From a virus (Duplodnaviria > Caudoviricetes): a stretch of 64,000 bases of DNA. The notes under the pieces were generated by a model. It was not told the origin of the DNA. It was given only the letters and a program-made list of their open reading frames with translations, and made no database searches. The translations under genes and the position numbers were made by a program. The stretch lies in IMG/VR virus record IMGVR_UViG_3300020048_003360, positions 32,001-96,000 of that record. The stretch is one strand, 5' to 3'. Below, in pieces: positions 59,861 to 64,000 of this stretch (its first letter is position 1; every line of letters starts with the position of its first letter).

Positions 59861-61990
59861 TTAATAAATATCCATACACAATAACGTTTTTTGTTTATTT
59901 ACTATATATAATCCTAACGTTTCTAAAATTTTATAATAGATATTTGTAGTATCTTTTACAATATTTCTAATACCAATAGCTAAAGCTATTTCTTCCGGTA
60001 TGCCATTTGATGATAGGACTTGTTCAGGCAGCAGTAGCATTGAGCCAAATGTATTAGTATTTTGCATTACTAACCACTGCTCTAACTTATACGCAATATC
60101 CTTATCTACAATAGAATCTATCCACTGCCTAGTCTTAGTAGGTGTATTAATACCCATGCCTACCTTAATCGCACTATATGGTGGCGGTGGTGCGTCCCCA
60201 TATTTAGGCGCAAATACATACTGCCAAAGTAAATATTGTTTATATGCAGGTGCATTTTCAGTGTGCTTATATGACTTGGGTTCTTTAATTTGAGTTAGTT
60301 TAAAATACTCATGATCACCTCTCTTAATAGAACTCACTACCTCTCTTTCTTTATCAGCTACCCACTTAGCCATATGTCTAATGGATATTTTCTTTCCTTC
60401 GACAACACTGTTTAGTATAAACAACATCATATTTTCAGCATCCTTAATAATAGCTTTTGGTGCGTTTGATGCTTTTAAATGTACACCTTTAATTTCTTTT
60501 TCTAGTTTTTCAAATACATTACCTTCTTGACAGCCCACTAAGGCGTAGTAATGTTTAGTAGTATCTGTTGGACAGAATACAGGGAAAAAGAATTCATTTT
60601 TCATTGCTACCTGGTGTAGTCTTTCTTTTACCATACCAGAATTAATGGACATTAAAGCTAAAATATGCACAATGGTCTGTGCTGACAAAAAAATCATAGT
60701 AGCCGCCACAGCTATGGCTCTATCATTAAAAGATAATTCTTCCTGATACCATAATACCCAATCCTGTACAGTAAAGATAGTGGAATCAGTATCTGATGTA
60801 ATTGCAGTTCTACGAATACTATTTGGAAAAACACCTACCGAAGCAGGTACATTATTAGTTATCCATAGTGCTCTAATTAGATTAAAATATTCATCTAGTG
60901 TATTAGTTATATTTTCTATTGTAGAGGCATATATCCCATAGTCTGGCGTACCTATAATGTCTACTATTCTTTTTCCTCTTAATTCTTTACTACATATCTG
61001 AGAAGCTAGATGTCTAATATCTTCAGATGCGCTATTTATGACTAATTCTGGCGTGGGATGTTCAGTAAGTCCCTTTGAAGATAACTTACTAATAAAACCA
61101 TATACTAATGAATTGTTATATTTTTTTAAGTGATATAAATCACCAGTATATACAAATGCCGATCGCTGTATTGGCGATAGTTTAGATATTAATAACTCTA
61201 AATCAATATGGTCTCTTGTACCCTTCCAATATAAATCAGCAGAATAACGGTAACATTCTATCGTCTCACTTACTGTTGGGTGTCGTATTCCGAATTGCTC
61301 CATACATAATGCCAATACACTGTAATCAGTATTGTTAATGATACTGATAATATTGTTCCGCACAATATCTGGTGACCAATAGTGTCTATTACCGCATAAA
61401 AATTTTTCATTATTAGCATTTCCATAGGCAGAAGTAGTTCTACAATTTGAAGTAAGTGTACTATGTGATGATTTATTATAAAATGGAGTACCAGCACTAC
61501 AGTGTGCACCAGATATTGAGTTATTCTTAAGTTTCTTATTAGTTTGTTCGTTTTTCTTAAATACTTCTACTAATTTATTTTTAGCCATCTTTGCTTCAAA
61601 CATAGCTTTTTTAGCCACATACCTAGCCTTTACATTACCGTCTATATATTTTACTAATAATGACTCTTTTACAGATGGATGTAAATACGTAGTTAAAGTG
61701 GGTGCAATAATATCTTTTTCTTTAATAACACTAGAAAAGTACTCAGATAATGTAGTTTCACGTGGAAATCTATCTCCATCTGCATTTCTTTCAAAAAATT
61801 GTACTCTAGGGTCTCTAAAAGGAAACTCACCATCTGGACGTAATTGTTTTTTAATAAAATTAAGACATTCTTCACTAGACTTACCTGTCATTAAATTAAG
61901 ATATAGTGTAGTATCTTTTAAGTATTGTCCAAGAGTATCTAAATTACGTTTGTATGCGTCAATATGTAAAACAAATGGATTTTCAGTCAT
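59861..61990 (-). CDS. Split family-B DNA polymerase catalytic subunit (phiKZ gp50-like)
   Basis: KLKNNSISG (motif B), TSDTDS (motif C), KHYYA, EIKGVHLK. Confidence 0.85.
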   Translation of the reverse strand: MTENPFVLHIDAYKRNLDTLGQYLKDTTLYLNLMTGKSSEECLNFIKKQLRPDGEFPFRDPRVQFFERNADGDRFPRETTLSEYFSSVIKEKDIIAPTLTTYLHPSVKESLLVKYIDGNVKARYVAKKAMFEAKMAKNKLVEVFKKNEQTNKKLKNNSISGAHCSAGTPFYNKSSHSTLTSNCRTTSAYGNANNEKFLCGNRHYWSPDIVRNNIISIINNTDYSVLALCMEQFGIRHPTVSETIECYRYSADLYWKGTRDHIDLELLISKLSPIQRSAFVYTGDLYHLKKYNNSLVYGFISKLSSKGLTEHPTPELVINSASEDIRHLASQICSKELRGKRIVDIIGTPDYGIYASTIENITNTLDEYFNLIRALWITNNVPASVGVFPNSIRRTAITSDTDSTIFTVQDWVLWYQEELSFNDRAIAVAATMIFLSAQTIVHILALMSINSGMVKERLHQVAMKNEFFFPVFCPTDTTKHYYALVGCQEGNVFEKLEKEIKGVHLKASNAPKAIIKDAENMMLFILNSVVEGKKISIRHMAKWVADKEREVVSSIKRGDHEYFKLTQIKEPKSYKHTENAPAYKQYLLWQYVFAPKYGDAPPPPYSAIKVGMGINTPTKTRQWIDSIVDKDIAYKLEQWLVMQNTNTFGSMLLLPEQVLSSNGIPEEIALAIGIRNIVKDTTNIYYKILETLGLYIVNKQKTLLCMDIY

Positions 61991-62089
61991 CTTAATCTCT
62001 ACCGTTGGTATGTCTACAATATTTAATCAACAGATAAAAAAAAGATACCCACCCCACGATCTAATCTACATCAGATCGTGGGGTGGGTA

Positions 62090-62695
62090 TTATATCTTTC
62101 GTATTTTATTTAAAACAGAGAGTATTTCTTTTTTATGCTCTCTTAATAGATCCAGTTTCTTAGTCCTATAGATATTTTCTATTTTAACTGGAGATACTCC
62201 CACACATTCAGTTAGTGCTTGTCTACAGTAATAATGGAATATCTGATGCACTCGTGCTTTAGTGATGTTAGAAACTAAAGCAGCATCACTAAAGTTTCCA
62301 CCATATAACACATATTTAACTATCGATATATCACGTTTTACCTTCTCCTTTATTAGACTTTTTCCTGGTGGTAGGTCAGGAAAAAATTCTGATCTATGCT
62401 CTATGATCCAGTCTAAAATACTACTACGATAAGTTAGCCTTTTTCTCAGTCTAAAAATTCTTTTATCGGGCTTAGGATTTGGCACTCTAAATACTATTTC
62501 GTAACCAAATTCTGGCATACTAGCGTATAGACTAGGGTTCATTAGTTTACATACCGCAACTATAGTCTTTGATACCTCAGCTAATGTAAGACCATATTCC
62601 TTAGCTATCATCTTCTGTTGCTTTCCCATTAATATTTTTTTCACAATTTCTATTGACCTATCATTAAGCTCTATGTGAATTACATACCGTGGCAT
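62090..62695 (-). CDS. Early protein with two HTH-like DNA-binding repeats
   Basis: QKMIAKEYGLTLAEVSKTI and FSDAALVSNITKARVHQIF. Confidence 0.6.
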   Translation of the reverse strand: MPRYVIHIELNDRSIEIVKKILMGKQQKMIAKEYGLTLAEVSKTIVAVCKLMNPSLYASMPEFGYEIVFRVPNPKPDKRIFRLRKRLTYRSSILDWIIEHRSEFFPDLPPGKSLIKEKVKRDISIVKYVLYGGNFSDAALVSNITKARVHQIFHYYCRQALTECVGVSPVKIENIYRTKKLDLLREHKKEILSVLNKIRKI

Positions 62696-62779
62696 TTTAA
62701 TTCCTTTCAGTTAGTTTAGGGCATAAATGCCTAGAGAAATCTCTAGGCGCGATAGTGTTTTTATAGAGCTTTGTCTATA

Positions 62780-62814
62780 CATATAGGTAATATATGTTTA
62801 TAATAATCTAGAAT
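62780..62814 (-). promoter_or_regulatory. Early promoter (variant)
   Basis: 35-bp motif copy; TCTAGAAT end shared with the 19826 copy. Confidence 0.75.
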
Positions 62815-63190
62815 CATTACAATAGCGGTCCAGGGACTAATATGTCCCTGGACCATTCTCTCACAATAAGGAAACAACATAATACTTTATACTCACCAAC
62901 ATAAGGAGTGTACGTGTGAATACGTTTAATAAACTATCTTATTTGGAAAACGAGGAAAAAACCAAATAAATTAATTTAACGTAGTATGTTTACTTCCTAC
63001 ACAGTTTACCAATCATCTTAACACAGAGCAGTGGCCTAGGGAGGGGAGGTTTATGCTAAGCGTACAATAGAGTAGTTCGAGGTACTCTAATGACGATAAA
63101 CGTCAAATACTACATCGGGGATTATGTAGCACCTAACAGCTAAGATGTGTTATGTCTTAGCTCATATTATTTAGTGTATAAATAAAAAAA

Positions 63191-63595
63191 CTATTCAATA
63201 CTCATTACTACATTATTGTAGCCATTCTGAACTAATGCATTCATAATTCTAGAAAGATCAATAGCAGCCACATCATTAACTCTAATCACAATGGTATTAG
63301 ATTGTACTACCACTACCGTACTTTCATTAATCCAAGCCATACCCAGTATTGTTACTTGTCCAGTAATTGTTTGAATTTTAACATAGTCATATCCAGTGGG
63401 ATCATTTGGAGTACCAGGAGGTAGTGTTGGATATACTTGTGCGTGTAGTGCCTGAATATCAATTTCTTTAGCAGCTGTAGTTGGATCCATTATACTTAGT
63501 ACAGTAACACCTAAGTAACTAGTTCCTAATAGTGCTGCTGGATATACATCAAAATTATATACCTTTCTAACTATAAATGGTATATTGTTGCTCAT
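63191..63595 (-). CDS. Conserved phiKZ-like hypothetical protein
   Basis: 134 aa; AAAGGTAG RBS. Confidence 0.7.
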   Translation of the reverse strand: MSNNIPFIVRKVYNFDVYPAALLGTSYLGVTVLSIMDPTTAAKEIDIQALHAQVYPTLPPGTPNDPTGYDYVKIQTITGQVTILGMAWINESTVVVVQSNTIVIRVNDVAAIDLSRIMNALVQNGYNNVVMSIE

Positions 63596-63623
63596 AATAA
63601 CTACCTTTCATAAATATAATGTT

Positions 63624-63968
63624 TTAATATGGGAGATGTTTAAAAACAACATCATTACCAAGTAATTTACTAAAAAAATACGGAAATTCACCATTAACAA
63701 AGGCATTGAGTCCAACTAGCCTTTGTTTAAGTTTAAAATCTAATGTAATTGCAGCTGAATGATTTTGCTCATTAGATAAAAAACCTTTATTAATTAGACG
63801 ATCAGTATTAACAACATTAGCTGGCACTACTTCATTGTTTACGTATCTGTCAGCTATTTGTGTTATTACCTCAACTAAATCTTGTTTTGATAACACATTA
63901 TTAGTAGAAGAAATGAATTCTTCTACAATAGATTTTGTTTCGATTATTAACACTTCTGGATATATCAT
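63624..63968 (-). CDS. Conserved hypothetical protein
   Basis: 114 aa; start within the window. Confidence 0.6.
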   Translation of the reverse strand: MIYPEVLIIETKSIVEEFISSTNNVLSKQDLVEVITQIADRYVNNEVVPANVVNTDRLINKGFLSNEQNHSAAITLDFKLKQRLVGLNAFVNGEFPYFFSKLLGNDVVFKHLPY

Positions 63969-64000
63969 TTACTCAGACCTATTTAGAGTGATATTTGAGC

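Noticed and set aside
390-62171. Many short ORFs antisense or out-of-frame to long genes (e.g. 390..665, 27434..27868, 49766..50206, 61698..62171)
   Set aside because: Shadow ORFs of coding strands; no RBS or motifs
19826-62814. 35-bp repeats or hairpins as a CRISPR array
   Set aside because: Dispersed, not regularly spaced, all upstream of genes; no cas genes
62916-62969. tmRNA tag reading frame
   Set aside because: Peptide does not end in a tag-like ALAA, and no tRNA-like domain was seen
1-64000. tRNA or rRNA genes
   Set aside because: No cloverleaf with T-loop/CCA and no rRNA-like sequence recognised by eye; tRNAscan-SE not run

Overview
64-kb segment of an AT-rich (roughly 30-35% GC by eye) nucleus-forming, phiKZ-like jumbo phage (Chimalliviridae), broadly collinear with phiKZ ~gp48-gp98. 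Family assignments come from motifs, size and synteny as I recall them; no database search was run. Right to left on the minus strand: family-B DNA polymerase catalytic half; chimallin; nvRNAP beta'-N split by a group I intron inside the NADFDGD motif, with an HNH endonuclease in the intron; SbcD; gp68-like subunit; PicA; nvRNAP beta and beta'-C; SF2 helicase; a DHFR/J-domain/DHH accessory block; vRNAP beta'; the polymerase exonuclease half; baseplate and head/inner-body genes. Ten copies of a rigid 35-bp early promoter (TATATTAC core) all face the minus strand. The most unusual signals are: (1) three free-standing GIY-YIG cassettes sharing a 3' hairpin+RBS module, one bracketed by a 73-bp duplicate of the 3' end of the RNAP beta' gene in two recoded alleles, which suggests a mobile endonuclease cassette that replaces gene ends; (2) a candidate -1 frameshift at a T8 run fusing a 539-aa protein to a chaperone-like ORF with no ATG; (3) a three-gene array with a shared N-terminal tag; (4) an exact 244-bp tandem duplication; (5) hairpins flanked by TATG(C/A/T)CG instead of poly-U. 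No tRNA, rRNA or CRISPR array was seen.
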